Counted from the first letter of the stretch, positions 27,262 through 35,979 are shown. The stretch: DNA of 39,304 nt from a virus (IMGVR_UViG_3300027419_000016:1-39304); one strand, 5' to 3'. The notes: generated from the sequence alone by a model not told the origin. Numbers and translations: made by a program.

Positions 27262-27897
27262 TCACATGGCAAGAATCTTGTCGGCATACTGCCAACCTTT
27301 GCTTTTTGGGTTTTTAATCCCGCCTTCCCCGGCATTATAGGCTGCCAGGGCTGCCCGCAGGCCAAGACGGTTGATTTTATCGGCCATCACTCCTGAAAAC
27401 CAACGAAGCGACCAGTTAGGATCGAACGCCTGATCAGCTGTGATGTCTGGATGACTCCGGAGGTTGATTTGCGCGATACCGTAATCACCTGTTCCCGATA
27501 TAACGGCTGTTTGGAAACCGGACTCGTGCCTGATTTGGTTAACAAGGACTCGGATATAGGATTGGCTACCGATAGATGATTCGATGATTGCTCTGGTTTC
27601 TTGTTCGGACAATCGTCTGGATTGTGTCCGAGGTGGTGAGTATGATTCGTCTGTTTGCGCGGTAGTAGTCCGAGTATCCCGAGGGATAATAGTATGAATA
27701 GGATCACCGATAACAAAGGTAACATGTTCCTCCTTTTTTGCTACTAAAAAAGTCGGCCGAGGTGGCATCTGTAAAAATGCTACTTCTGACCGACTCAATT
27801 TGTTTTCCGCTCCAGACCATAGTCCTCCAGCACGCTCGGCATATCCTACTACTAAAAGTGTGCAAAGAATGGTTAACGCAATACTTAGTCTGTTAAT
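27262..27897 (-). CDS. Lytic transglycosylase (SLT domain), probably membrane-anchored with an ATT start
   Basis: HESGF, GIAQI, AAYNAG motifs; frame is open upstream through a TM helix to ATT after AAAGGAG. Confidence 0.8.
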   Translation of the reverse strand: MNRLSIALTILCTLLVVGYAERAGGLWSGAENKLSRSEVAFLQMPPRPTFLVAKKEEHVTFVIGDPIHTIIPRDTRTTTAQTDESYSPPRTQSRRLSEQETRAIIESSIGSQSYIRVLVNQIRHESGFQTAVISGTGDYGIAQINLRSHPDITADQAFDPNWSLRWFSGVMADKINRLGLRAALAAYNAGEGGIKNPKSKGWQYADKILAM

Positions 27898-27974
27898 ACT
27901 CTCTCCTTTAGCCTTGCAGTGCGGTATTCCTGTAGAAAAGACAGATCATGCGGATCGAGGGGAGGCTTACTTAT

Positions 27975-27983
27975 AATATACCA
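27975..27983 (-). promoter_or_regulatory. Candidate extended -10 promoter (TGGTATATT)
   Basis: AT-rich gap upstream of the SLT gene. Confidence 0.45.
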
Positions 27984-28002
27984 TTTTTATCATTATGGGT
28001 CG

Positions 28003-28500
28003 CTACCATTGTAATTCTTTCGCTTCCTCAAGAAGGATTGGTCGATATCCAACCTCCTCAAGGGATAGTTTAATGTGCCACGGTCGTTTAGCAATTTCAT
28101 CAAGCCGATGATTACCGGTGTGGAGATGGCCATGGATATTGACCTCACAACCTGGTGGAAGGTGTCTAGAAGGAATGTGGGTAAAGTATACACCACGGTA
28201 CTCCATCGCGTCACAGGCCCATGTAAAGCCCCGATTGAGGTACCATGATGGGCGATGATCGTGATTACCACGTACAAGAATTTTTGTTCCAGGGAGTGAA
28301 TCCATAATCCCTTTTAATTCTGTTTGGCGATTGAATATAACATCACCCAAATGAATGACGAGATCGTTATCATCGACAACCACTCTCCAGTTGTAAAGTA
28401 TTTGCTCCTGATAATCCTCTGGCCTGCCCATCTCAATAATTCCAGGATGGTTAAAATGGGTATCGGTAATTACCCATATTTTCTTTGGTTTATTTATCAT
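28003..28500 (-). CDS. Calcineurin-like metallophosphoesterase
   Basis: DTH, HLGD, GNHD, THIP, HGHLH motifs; likely start 28500. Confidence 0.9.
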   Translation of the reverse strand: MINKPKKIWVITDTHFNHPGIIEMGRPEDYQEQILYNWRVVVDDNDLVIHLGDVIFNRQTELKGIMDSLPGTKILVRGNHDHRPSWYLNRGFTWACDAMEYRGVYFTHIPSRHLPPGCEVNIHGHLHTGNHRLDEIAKRPWHIKLSLEEVGYRPILLEEAKELQW

Positions 28501-28957
28501 CACTCCCTTCCGTCTCTTGGTCGAGTTGCTTGAGGGCAGCAAGTCGTTTATATTTCTCTTCCGTCGTGTGACCATCCCAGTGGTTGGGGGTTGCCCCGCG
28601 CACCTCATCTTGCTGTACCAGGTGAGCAAACAGTAGCAAATCATCATCGTGAATGTGCCACGTCGCCTGTCCAGTTGGGAGATGAATACAGACAATGTTT
28701 CTCCAGTTATCTTCCCAAGACGTATCACTATTTGGATGGCGGCAGAGATGACTTTCGAATAACTTGCTCAGTGCCGAGACAAGCCTATTTCTCTCACTGT
28801 ATACCTCCCTCGCCCCTTCAGCCCTGGCAGTCTGTTCTCGGGCCTTACATTCTTCTTCTGTAAAATACTTCACTTTGCGAATACTTGCCTTCGATGCATG
28901 CCGTTTACATTTGCTTGGTGCTTTGCGTTGGCATAGTTTACACTCGTCATTCTTCAT
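28490..28957 (-). CDS. Conserved phage protein with WDGH motif
   Basis: LPTGQATWH...WDGHTTEEKYKRL. Confidence 0.7.
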   Translation of the reverse strand: MKNDECKLCQRKAPSKCKRHASKASIRKVKYFTEEECKAREQTARAEGAREVYSERNRLVSALSKLFESHLCRHPNSDTSWEDNWRNIVCIHLPTGQATWHIHDDDLLLFAHLVQQDEVRGATPNHWDGHTTEEKYKRLAALKQLDQETEGSDDK

Positions 28958-29195
28958 GGCTTGGCTCCTTCCGTATCGTCAACTTTTCTAACTGCTCTTT
29001 CATCCCCTCAAAGCCTGGTACATCTCGTGGCTCTGGTTCGTAGGGTAGCTCATCCACGATCTCAATCGTCCGAGCGATCACTCGCTGGTAGGAATCTATG
29101 AGCCACTTTTCTACGCTTTTGTGGTCAAAAAACGTCGTACCCGTGAATTTGATAATTTCATCGGCAACTAATTGGGTCAGGTCTGGGTGTGCCAT
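28947..29195 (-). CDS. Hypothetical protein
   Basis: GGAGG RBS; coupled to neighbours. Confidence 0.6.
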   Translation of the reverse strand: MAHPDLTQLVADEIIKFTGTTFFDHKSVEKWLIDSYQRVIARTIEIVDELPYEPEPRDVPGFEGMKEQLEKLTIRKEPSHEE

Positions 29196-29608
29196 TATTC
29201 CTCCGCTACTTGCTGGGGGTCGGGTTCAATTACCACCATCAGGCGACTGAGTATTTTGGCGGATTTTTCCTCGATGATGTTATGAATCTTGGTATCAATA
29301 ATTCTGGCTAGCTCTTCTTCGAGTTGGTGTGTCCCCCATCTTTTTGTCATTCGATCTTCGACTATACTCTCAATGGCCGGTGTCAATTTCTCCAAGACAA
29401 TCTTTTTAATGTCAGAAGCTAGATCGTCCTTCCCAATAGTGGAGTATGTGTTTTCATTAACTATTTGGTTAGCCAAAATCTCTTTTGCTTTCTGCTGCAC
29501 TGCATAGGCAACCTGCCGTGGTAGATCTTCTACATGGTAACCTTCTGTTAATAAACCACGGACTTTTTCCTCATCAATCTCTATCTCGAATTTCATCCTT
29601 CTCTCCAT
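29195..29608 (-). CDS. Hypothetical helical protein
   Basis: Overlaps the next gene by TAATG. Confidence 0.65.
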   Translation of the reverse strand: MERRMKFEIEIDEEKVRGLLTEGYHVEDLPRQVAYAVQQKAKEILANQIVNENTYSTIGKDDLASDIKKIVLEKLTPAIESIVEDRMTKRWGTHQLEEELARIIDTKIHNIIEEKSAKILSRLMVVIEPDPQQVAEE

Positions 29609-29611
29609 TCT

Positions 29612-29769
29612 CCAGACGCCCTGTGTTGGTGGGAGGTAGCTACCGCCTCGGCCTACTGCCTCATTCCGATATTTCCGATTCTAAGGGCATACGCTACCTA
29701 CAACTGTGTCCTGGATCGCTGCAAGGCAGGTTCTTGGCTCTCCAGGGGCCCACCAGACAAGGCATCTGG
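29612..29769 (-). ncRNA. Structured intergenic RNA (three-way junction on a long closing stem)
   Basis: CCAGAUGCCUUGU/ACAGGGCGUCUGG, UGGUGGG/CCCACCA, CCUGGA/UCCAGG, AGGUAGC/GCUACCU. Confidence 0.65.
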
Positions 29770-29776
29770 TTGTTAA

Positions 29777-29890
29777 TTAGCCAAGTAGTAGACCAGTGAT
29801 TACCCCTAGGATAAAACCGAGAATCAATCGTGTTTGATGTACATACTTGAGTTGAGGTGTCCATCTTTCTCTTTTAGTTAGGTCGCTCAT
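29777..29890 (-). CDS. Small membrane peptide (37 aa)
   Basis: MSDLTKRERW...LILGFILGVITGLLLG; GAGG RBS; TAATG coupling. Confidence 0.55.
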   Translation of the reverse strand: MSDLTKRERWTPQLKYVHQTRLILGFILGVITGLLLG

Positions 29891-29982
29891 TACACCTCTT
29901 TCCTATGCCAACTACTTTCGTGTTCTATGTGTCCCAGACGCCCTCGGTGCAGGTGGCAGGTTTTGAACATACTCTCAGTCAT
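29890..29982 (-). CDS. Small peptide (30 aa)
   Basis: AGGAG RBS before ATG 29982; upstream extension runs through hairpins. Confidence 0.35.
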   Translation of the reverse strand: MTESMFKTCHLHRGRLGHIEHESSWHRKEV

Positions 29983-30220
29983 GACTCCTACCCTTTGTAT
30001 TTGTCCTGCCTTGAAACGCGTAGCGACCTGCGTAGCTAGTGGCGTCATAAGAACTGCGCAGAGAACGCCTGGGGGTTTTTTCAATGGATATTCTTTGGGA
30101 TAACCAGGGTAATTATTCCCAGCTTCTCCTGTGGCCATAGGTGGCCTACCTATGATGGCATTCTTCGGCCGGGCTTATTAAGGCCCAGTCGGTGCCTAAA
30201 TATCCAAGCCACGCAAATTC

Positions 30221-31945
30221 TTATAGGTACTGCGTCGCAAACCACGCAAATGGCGTTGGATAGGTAGTTGGATTGATAATTCGCTGTAACAAATACTCAT
30301 TCGAGTTACGGGAGAGCAGGATACTGACATTCGCCTTGGTATTGCTCAGATAGCCGTTCTGTTTGAAAAATGGGATACTGGCACACTTCACTTCGTGAAA
30401 AGCTGCGGCCTCGAATTGGGTGAAGTGGTTGGCATGGTACCAGTTTTTGAACGTGTAGCCGACCTGGTTGCAATCCTGACGCAGTTCCATCCCCCAGAGG
30501 CCATTGGTGAGCGTATTGCCTGATACGAGCGTACCAGAGGCATTGTTGAGGGTAATCGGGATATTGGCAGTTCGGTGTTCAATCGCCATCGTGATCGTAT
30601 TATTCAAGATATTGCTGCTGATGAGCCGTTCCCATTGATTGGCAGTAGAAGTTGCCCGAATCCCGAACCCAATCACCCGACTGAAAGTATTGTTCTCGAT
30701 GGTGACCTCTTTGGCGTAGCGGGCAATTTCGAGGGCTGCTGCGCTATTTCCGGCCCCGCCGGTATTATCAAGAATCTGGTTGTTATTGATATTGACCGTC
30801 TCGGTGGTGTGAAACAGGTAGATTGCCCGCTCAAGGTATTGCAGGAGGTTGTAGCCCATCGTTACGTCTTTGGCGTCTGCAACCACGATCCCCGAGAAGT
30901 TGAGACATTGAACTGTATTGGCACTGATTATCAGATCACGCACACCTGTAATGAGCATCCCCCGCTTGGCGTGCTGTTTATCGGATGGCGGAAGCGGATA
31001 GTACTGGGGTTCGATCCCCTGTGTCGGGTCGCAGGTGGTATCCAGGCCACGCAAAATGTTGGCGGTAATGATAATGTTCTCAGCACGCGGGTTGGTATTT
31101 ACTGTTCCGCCAGGAGTTACGACCACCTCCTCGCTGTCGATGTTGATGAGTGCGCCCTTGACCCCGAAGAATGGTGATCCATTAGACGGATTCGGTGATG
31201 GCCGAAACCAGAGTAATCCTGGGTTTTGCGATGGGTCGATCATGCGCGGAACAACGACGGCCCCAACCCGCTCAGGGCAATCCTGGGGGACGCCATTGGC
31301 GTAGGGACAGAAGACAGCCTGTGATTGCTGCCAGATCGGGAGTGCGCCAGGCAACGACTCAACCGGAGTGTTTGGATAGGTATCGAAAACATAGGCAGAG
31401 GTAAGCGTCGGACTAAAAGATGGGTTTCCGCCATTCCAGTCAGAATCGCCCGCAAAGGCTCCTGCGTGGATGGTCAGGGTGTTGCCAGTAATAGTGAGGT
31501 CCTTGGCTCCCAAGCGGGAATCAATGCCCGCAAACATTCCATCCACCGTGTTGCCAATAATGGAGATCCCATCAGTATTCATGAGCTTGAAACCTGTGCC
31601 GTACCCCAGGTCAGAGCCGTAGGTAAGGGTACTCACAAGCTTCACACTGCTAATGGTGACCCCGGAGACGTTTTCGAGGACAAAGCCGTCCACACGGGCC
31701 GTAGCTGGTGTCAGAACAGTATTTGCTTGGCCGAAGATCGTTTGTCCGTTTTTGGGGTGGATCGCAGCCGTCAGTGGTATCTGCTCATCCGGTAAGCGCA
31801 GACAGGTATTTTCTGGTTGTGCTTGGACTTGAGCCGGGATGTCGGCCGGGGTGAGGTCAACGGGGTCAGTGCAGTCGGCAGCTTGGGCAGATTGAACAGT
31901 GAATAATAGCCCGATTGCCATAAGAATTATGATGAGTATTTTCAT
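30221..31945 (-). CDS. Exported right-handed parallel beta-helix (pectin-lyase/NosD-like) protein
   Basis: Signal peptide ending AQA; repeated I.I.GNT / NN.I rungs; several Cys. Confidence 0.8.
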   Translation of the reverse strand: MKILIIILMAIGLLFTVQSAQAADCTDPVDLTPADIPAQVQAQPENTCLRLPDEQIPLTAAIHPKNGQTIFGQANTVLTPATARVDGFVLENVSGVTISSVKLVSTLTYGSDLGYGTGFKLMNTDGISIIGNTVDGMFAGIDSRLGAKDLTITGNTLTIHAGAFAGDSDWNGGNPSFSPTLTSAYVFDTYPNTPVESLPGALPIWQQSQAVFCPYANGVPQDCPERVGAVVVPRMIDPSQNPGLLWFRPSPNPSNGSPFFGVKGALINIDSEEVVVTPGGTVNTNPRAENIIITANILRGLDTTCDPTQGIEPQYYPLPPSDKQHAKRGMLITGVRDLIISANTVQCLNFSGIVVADAKDVTMGYNLLQYLERAIYLFHTTETVNINNNQILDNTGGAGNSAAALEIARYAKEVTIENNTFSRVIGFGIRATSTANQWERLISSNILNNTITMAIEHRTANIPITLNNASGTLVSGNTLTNGLWGMELRQDCNQVGYTFKNWYHANHFTQFEAAAFHEVKCASIPFFKQNGYLSNTKANVSILLSRNSNEYLLQRIINPTTYPTPFAWFATQYL

Positions 31946-32151
31946 GATGTACCTTTCTTTTTCTTGGGTTTGGTTACCCTAGCAAACCGTTGGACTCGTT
32001 TGGCAATATCCCCGGTGGTGTCCAGTGATGCCAGCCAGAGGGTTTGGGTACATGGATGCCCGACGCAGCAACAGTTTTCTTGGATACCTGTTTGATGGGC
32101 TGGCGGACATTTTATGTGTGATTTATGGTCTTTGAATAATTCTTTGTTCAT
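31942..32151 (-). CDS. Small Cys/His-rich hypothetical protein
   Basis: ATGA coupling; CPPAH...CCC..HPC. Confidence 0.55.
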   Translation of the reverse strand: MNKELFKDHKSHIKCPPAHQTGIQENCCCVGHPCTQTLWLASLDTTGDIAKRVQRFARVTKPKKKKGTS

Positions 32152-32387
32152 AGGTTTTTGATTACCTCCCGTAGTTGGCTCATACCACCATCACAGAATA
32201 TCGAATTGCGGTCTGAGTACTCCGATATTCGGTGGTTAATAAACTTTCGCATATACACAACTTTGCCGACACCGAAAGTTCTTTTTCTGATTGATTCGGC
32301 AGCGACAAACTGAAATTCACGATTTGGATACCAATCAGTTACGATCCTGTGTTGTCGTGGTAGTAACCCAACGATAGTTATTTTCAT
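32148..32387 (-). CDS. DUF2325-like small protein
   Basis: ITIVG...VVYMRKFINH...CDGGMSQL. Confidence 0.5.
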   Translation of the reverse strand: MKITIVGLLPRQHRIVTDWYPNREFQFVAAESIRKRTFGVGKVVYMRKFINHRISEYSDRNSIFCDGGMSQLREVIKNL

Positions 32388-32575
32388 TTGATAATATGTG
32401 CTCCTGTCCCTTCATCCCGAATGGTATTGTCACGAATCAGGACATAATACACACCCTTCTCAGACTGATGAATGTTGAGGATCATGAACCCATCGCTCAG
32501 TTTATCGGCCAGATCCTTCTCAAATTGGAGTCGGTCACCATCGTAGGGTAGGAATACGCTGATGATATTTTTCAT
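32384..32575 (-). CDS. Hypothetical protein
   Basis: AAGGAG RBS; ATGA coupling. Confidence 0.6.
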   Translation of the reverse strand: MKNIISVFLPYDGDRLQFEKDLADKLSDGFMILNIHQSEKGVYYVLIRDNTIRDEGTGAHIIK

Positions 32576-32781
32576 GCTTGCTCCTTTGGTGTCTGTTCGT
32601 GTTCCCGGTGACAAGTATCGACCATATCCTGCATCAGACGAAGATCCTGTTTCATTTTCCCCCAGGTTTCCTCAAGATTACGTAGATCACCTGCCATATT
32701 GCCGATAGCAATGACCTTGCCGAACTGGTAAGCAATCATATTACTCAGGATAACCAGGATAAAAAGAGGTAGTTCACTCAT
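32572..32781 (-). CDS. Small membrane protein
   Basis: GGAGG RBS; N-terminal hydrophobic helix. Confidence 0.6.
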   Translation of the reverse strand: MSELPLFILVILSNMIAYQFGKVIAIGNMAGDLRNLEETWGKMKQDLRLMQDMVDTCHREHEQTPKEQA

Positions 32782-33043
32782 TGGCTTCCTCCAGAAGTTT
32801 CTCGTATTTATTAACAATGGCATTTTCTATGGCAGTGTAAGATTCCCGACTGGTCGGAACGACGTAGTTCACTTGTGTATCACCTAATTTTTTTCCGGGA
32901 AATACCAACCGATAGCCACCTTTCATGCGTGTATAGATTGCAATCGAGGCGATGGATAACTGGTTGTCGATGGTGCAATTAGCGAATGCGACCAGGCCGT
33001 CCTTTGGTCGGACGGGGATAATCTCGATGTTTGTAACTGTCAT
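32774..33043 (-). CDS. spoVG: SpoVG-family nucleic-acid-binding protein
   Basis: M.VT.I.I.......LVAFA...ID....I..I.I......L.FP.KK pattern. Confidence 0.75.
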   Translation of the reverse strand: MTVTNIEIIPVRPKDGLVAFANCTIDNQLSIASIAIYTRMKGGYRLVFPGKKLGDTQVNYVVPTSRESYTAIENAIVNKYEKLLEEANE

Positions 33044-33816
33044 GACCACCCCTTTGCGTATTCCTTTTCGCGCTTTTTGATTGCCAGACATGCCAGGAAA
33101 ATCGGGATATTAGCCTCATGTTCCTCTTTACTCATCTCATGGACGGCAGGAACGCCAGTTTCCTTGTCGATCCGCAGCAGCATCTGATTACCAATCACTG
33201 GCCCATGTTCTTCCTCATAGGCGAGCCGATAGCCTGTCACCTGATAACGCATATCGGTGTAGATCCCACCAGAGGTCTTGTTGTCGATTAGGGTCAGTAC
33301 ACCATCCACATAGGCTAGTAGGTCAAGTAACCCAACGTATTCATACTTTTGCGAAAATACGAGTCGTTCAGCAGCTACAAACACAACATGGTGGTCACGT
33401 TCCCACGATAGGAAGGCGTTAATGCCTGGCAAGAGGTTGATGTCATCCGGCAGCGGTGGAAGCTCAGTTTTATTGATCTTGGCGTTGGCATAACTCTCAA
33501 TCCAATCATGGACAAGGCCACCGATGGTCGCCGCCCGATCCCGGGCAAGTTCGTACTGTTTGACCGATTCCTCGACAATCGGCAGGATCTCCTCGACTGA
33601 CAGCATTTGTCCAGCTTTGCCGTCCAAAAAGTTGAGAATATGGCTGGCATTGAGTCGCGTCGCCCAGGGCAGCAATGCCCGGGATTTATCGAGGACGCCC
33701 GTTGCTCCGGTAACAGAAACAAGATAATCTTTCCGGCCCTTCAGCTGGTACCGATGACTTTCCGGCCAGAAATCGATCTCAACTTGATCGTTATACAGTC
33801 GCTGGGTCAGTTTCAT
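33040..33816 (-). CDS. PD-(D/E)XK exonuclease-like protein
   Basis: SVT...VLDK, A.IG..VH, E.LV, G.LDL, IDNKT, Q..GY motifs. Confidence 0.85.
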   Translation of the reverse strand: MKLTQRLYNDQVEIDFWPESHRYQLKGRKDYLVSVTGATGVLDKSRALLPWATRLNASHILNFLDGKAGQMLSVEEILPIVEESVKQYELARDRAATIGGLVHDWIESYANAKINKTELPPLPDDINLLPGINAFLSWERDHHVVFVAAERLVFSQKYEYVGLLDLLAYVDGVLTLIDNKTSGGIYTDMRYQVTGYRLAYEEEHGPVIGNQMLLRIDKETGVPAVHEMSKEEHEANIPIFLACLAIKKREKEYAKGWS

Positions 33817-34819
33817 CGTCCCCTCCGTCCTCAGACGTTGTGCCATTCATGAGTGCCTTCGCCAGTTCCGTGACATCCTGATCAGTTAATTTATTCAGGT
33901 CAACACTATGTTTTTCTGCATACTCTTCAAGGGATGGATACTTCGCCAGGATCAGACTGTAAAAGAATTTTAGTTGTTTTTCGGACGCTGGCGTGGTTGA
34001 ACGTTCCGGTTTTTGTTCAACTTCTTCAGCCTCTACCTCGTTGGGTTCAGCTACCTTGGCTGACTTCTTGGACTTTTTCTCATCAGTGGGTGGCAATGGT
34101 TCCTCGGGTTTCTGTTTGCTCCAGGCGAATGTTTTAGTACCTTGGCAGGCATCGATAATCTTTGAAAAATCCGGCTCGATAATCTTGCCGAGTTGCCCTG
34201 TCCGATCCTTGGCCGTGTATTTGTCATTTGATGGGTCGACGATAATGATCCGCTTTTCTTCGCCTTCCTGACTGGTAGTGACAGTCATGTAACCGACGAT
34301 ATCGACGATACTGACCAGTTCATCCGAAAGCTTAGTTTCAACCTTCGGCCGTTTAATCATCCGATCCTCATCCTTTGATTCCTCAAGGTGGGCAACAATA
34401 ATAACGTGTTTGCCAAGATCGCGCAGGACTTTTACATAATCCCGCATGGTCTTTTTAAGCCAGCCCCAGCCAGCCATCGTCGGCGCACCGTCCTTTTGCA
34501 CGAGTTTTGAGTCGTTCTGGGCAACCATGAACCGCTTGAGTTTTTCCATGAGTTCACCAATCGGATCGATGGCAATCGTGTCATATTGGGGGAGTTTGGC
34601 GACTTCCAAGAACTCACGCATATCCCGCCAGGATTCGATCTGGGCGACATCCAATTTGATTCCCCGCAGCCCAAAATACTTCGCACCATTCTCACAGTCA
34701 GCCAGGATTGGATTGGGTGCAGTCGAGATGAAAGTCGTTTTGCCGACTCCACCCTCACCATAGACCAACATTACCACCGACGGCTTCATCTGCGGATCTC
34801 CTGTGTTATATATCTTCAC
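33791..34819 (-). CDS. sak4: Sak4-like AAA_24 ATPase (single-strand annealing recombinase)
   Basis: LVYGEGGVGKTT, DCENG, TIAID, IVAH, DIVGYM, AKDR; C-terminal ASEKQ domain. Confidence 0.85.
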   Translation of the reverse strand: MKIYNTGDPQMKPSVVMLVYGEGGVGKTTFISTAPNPILADCENGAKYFGLRGIKLDVAQIESWRDMREFLEVAKLPQYDTIAIDPIGELMEKLKRFMVAQNDSKLVQKDGAPTMAGWGWLKKTMRDYVKVLRDLGKHVIIVAHLEESKDEDRMIKRPKVETKLSDELVSIVDIVGYMTVTTSQEGEEKRIIIVDPSNDKYTAKDRTGQLGKIIEPDFSKIIDACQGTKTFAWSKQKPEEPLPPTDEKKSKKSAKVAEPNEVEAEEVEQKPERSTTPASEKQLKFFYSLILAKYPSLEEYAEKHSVDLNKLTDQDVTELAKALMNGTTSEDGGDDETDPATV

Positions 34820-35027
34820 GGCTACCTCCAGCTTCTAATAGGTTGGTCGACAAAAAACGTGACCGCAAGCGCACATACTCAGACGCACTCACCAAGCCAC
34901 GCAGATACCAGCGACGGAATATTTTCAGCTTGCGATCCGCAGCCTCAAACACATATCGCAGGATGGATTCTTGTTCTCGCTTGTACTCACCAGATTTGAA
35001 CTTATTACGTGCTTCTTGCACCGTCAT
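34806..35027 (-). CDS. Hypothetical basic protein
   Basis: GGAGGT RBS. Confidence 0.6.
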   Translation of the reverse strand: MTVQEARNKFKSGEYKREQESILRYVFEAADRKLKIFRRWYLRGLVSASEYVRLRSRFLSTNLLEAGGSREDI

Positions 35028-35123
35028 TTTTTACCTCCACTCACATATTATTGACATTGACTGGCCGACACATCTTCGTTACATGCACACCCTCCTTATT
35101 CTCAACCTCCGTATGATGATCTA

Positions 35124-35152
35124 ATGGTACGCTATACGTCAGAGTTTGTCAA
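35124..35152 (-). promoter_or_regulatory. Sigma70-type promoter
   Basis: TTGACA-17 nt-TACCAT. Confidence 0.75.
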
Positions 35153-35156
35153 GAGT

Positions 35157-35336
35157 CTAGCGTATACTTTCTGGTTTACGGTGGCGGATATATTTCCGAT
35201 CAATATCCCTGGCAATGCGACACACGAGGCTACAATACGCATTTTTTGTGATGAGTTTGAAACACCATTGGCAGTGCCGGGGCGACCGTCCCTCGGTTTC
35301 GGGATCGCACGTCGGGTGGTGAACAGAACGAATCAC
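35157..35336 (-). CDS. Small Zn-finger protein (59 aa, absent from ORF track)
   Basis: GTGA overlap; CQWC...YCSLVC. Confidence 0.6.
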   Translation of the reverse strand: MIRSVHHPTCDPETEGRSPRHCQWCFKLITKNAYCSLVCRIARDIDRKYIRHRKPESIR

Positions 35337-35566
35337 TGATCGAGACTCCGATAGGTTTCTTTCCGATAGCGCAAAATCTCCTGGCCTGTCACCAGATAGT
35401 ATGGCGTCGTTCCTAGGGCAACGTTATCAGCTTTCAGTTTTCCGGCCCGAATGAGGCGCAGGATGAATTTGTAGGATTTTCGGCCAGTACTGCTCACAAT
35501 CCAACCATGATCGGCAATCACTGCTGGACGGTAAAACTTACCTGGTTCGATTTCAGTAATCATCAT
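35333..35566 (-). CDS. Xis/MerR-like HTH DNA-binding protein
   Basis: ILRLIRAGKLKA...YLVTGQEILRY; start after AAGGAG. Confidence 0.65.
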   Translation of the reverse strand: MMITEIEPGKFYRPAVIADHGWIVSSTGRKSYKFILRLIRAGKLKADNVALGTTPYYLVTGQEILRYRKETYRSLDQ

Positions 35567-35672
35567 CTTCATCTCCTTGCGTTGCATCACCAATGGCGAA
35601 TAATAAAAAGCTAATAAGCAAAACCTGCATAAGCAGAAGAACCCCAAATACAACCCACGCCAGATCAGTCAT
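35553..35672 (-). CDS. Small membrane peptide (39 aa)
   Basis: MTDLAWVVFGVLLLMQVLLISFLLFAIG plus acidic tail. Confidence 0.55.
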   Translation of the reverse strand: MTDLAWVVFGVLLLMQVLLISFLLFAIGDATQGDEDDDY

Positions 35673-35979
35673 GACGAATCTCAAGATCGAACGTGTCCTT
35701 GCTGCCCGTAATATCGCTCAAAATGTGAGCCAAGAGATGATGAACTTCTTTTTTGTGGCCCAGGATGGCAATCAAGGCCGGATCATCGGCCATAGAACCG
35801 CTATCGGAATGGTCACCAATGATCATGGTAAACTCCAAGGCCCGCTTATCGTTTGCCTCGTGTAGATCACGAATGTGACGGGATAGAATCTCCGCTGATG
35901 AACGGATGTAGGATCGCAACCGTAGTGCTTCATGATAGTGATCAATTGGATTCATGTTGTCCATCGTTTTGCCTTTCAT
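35665..35979 (-). CDS. Hypothetical protein
   Basis: Open frame in the early operon. Confidence 0.55.
   Translation of the reverse strand: MKGKTMDNMNPIDHYHEALRLRSYIRSSAEILSRHIRDLHEANDKRALEFTMIIGDHSDSGSMADDPALIAILGHKKEVHHLLAHILSDITGSKDTFDLEIRHD

Noticed and set aside
27101-27295. Short ORFs over the tRNA-like region
   Set aside because: No RBS or motifs; better explained by RNA structure
29634-29648. 15-mer AGGTAGCTACCGCCT with an inverted copy at 37232-37246 as an operator or inversion site
   Set aside because: Only two copies, largely a palindrome inside hairpins, and no invertase or site-specific recombinase is present
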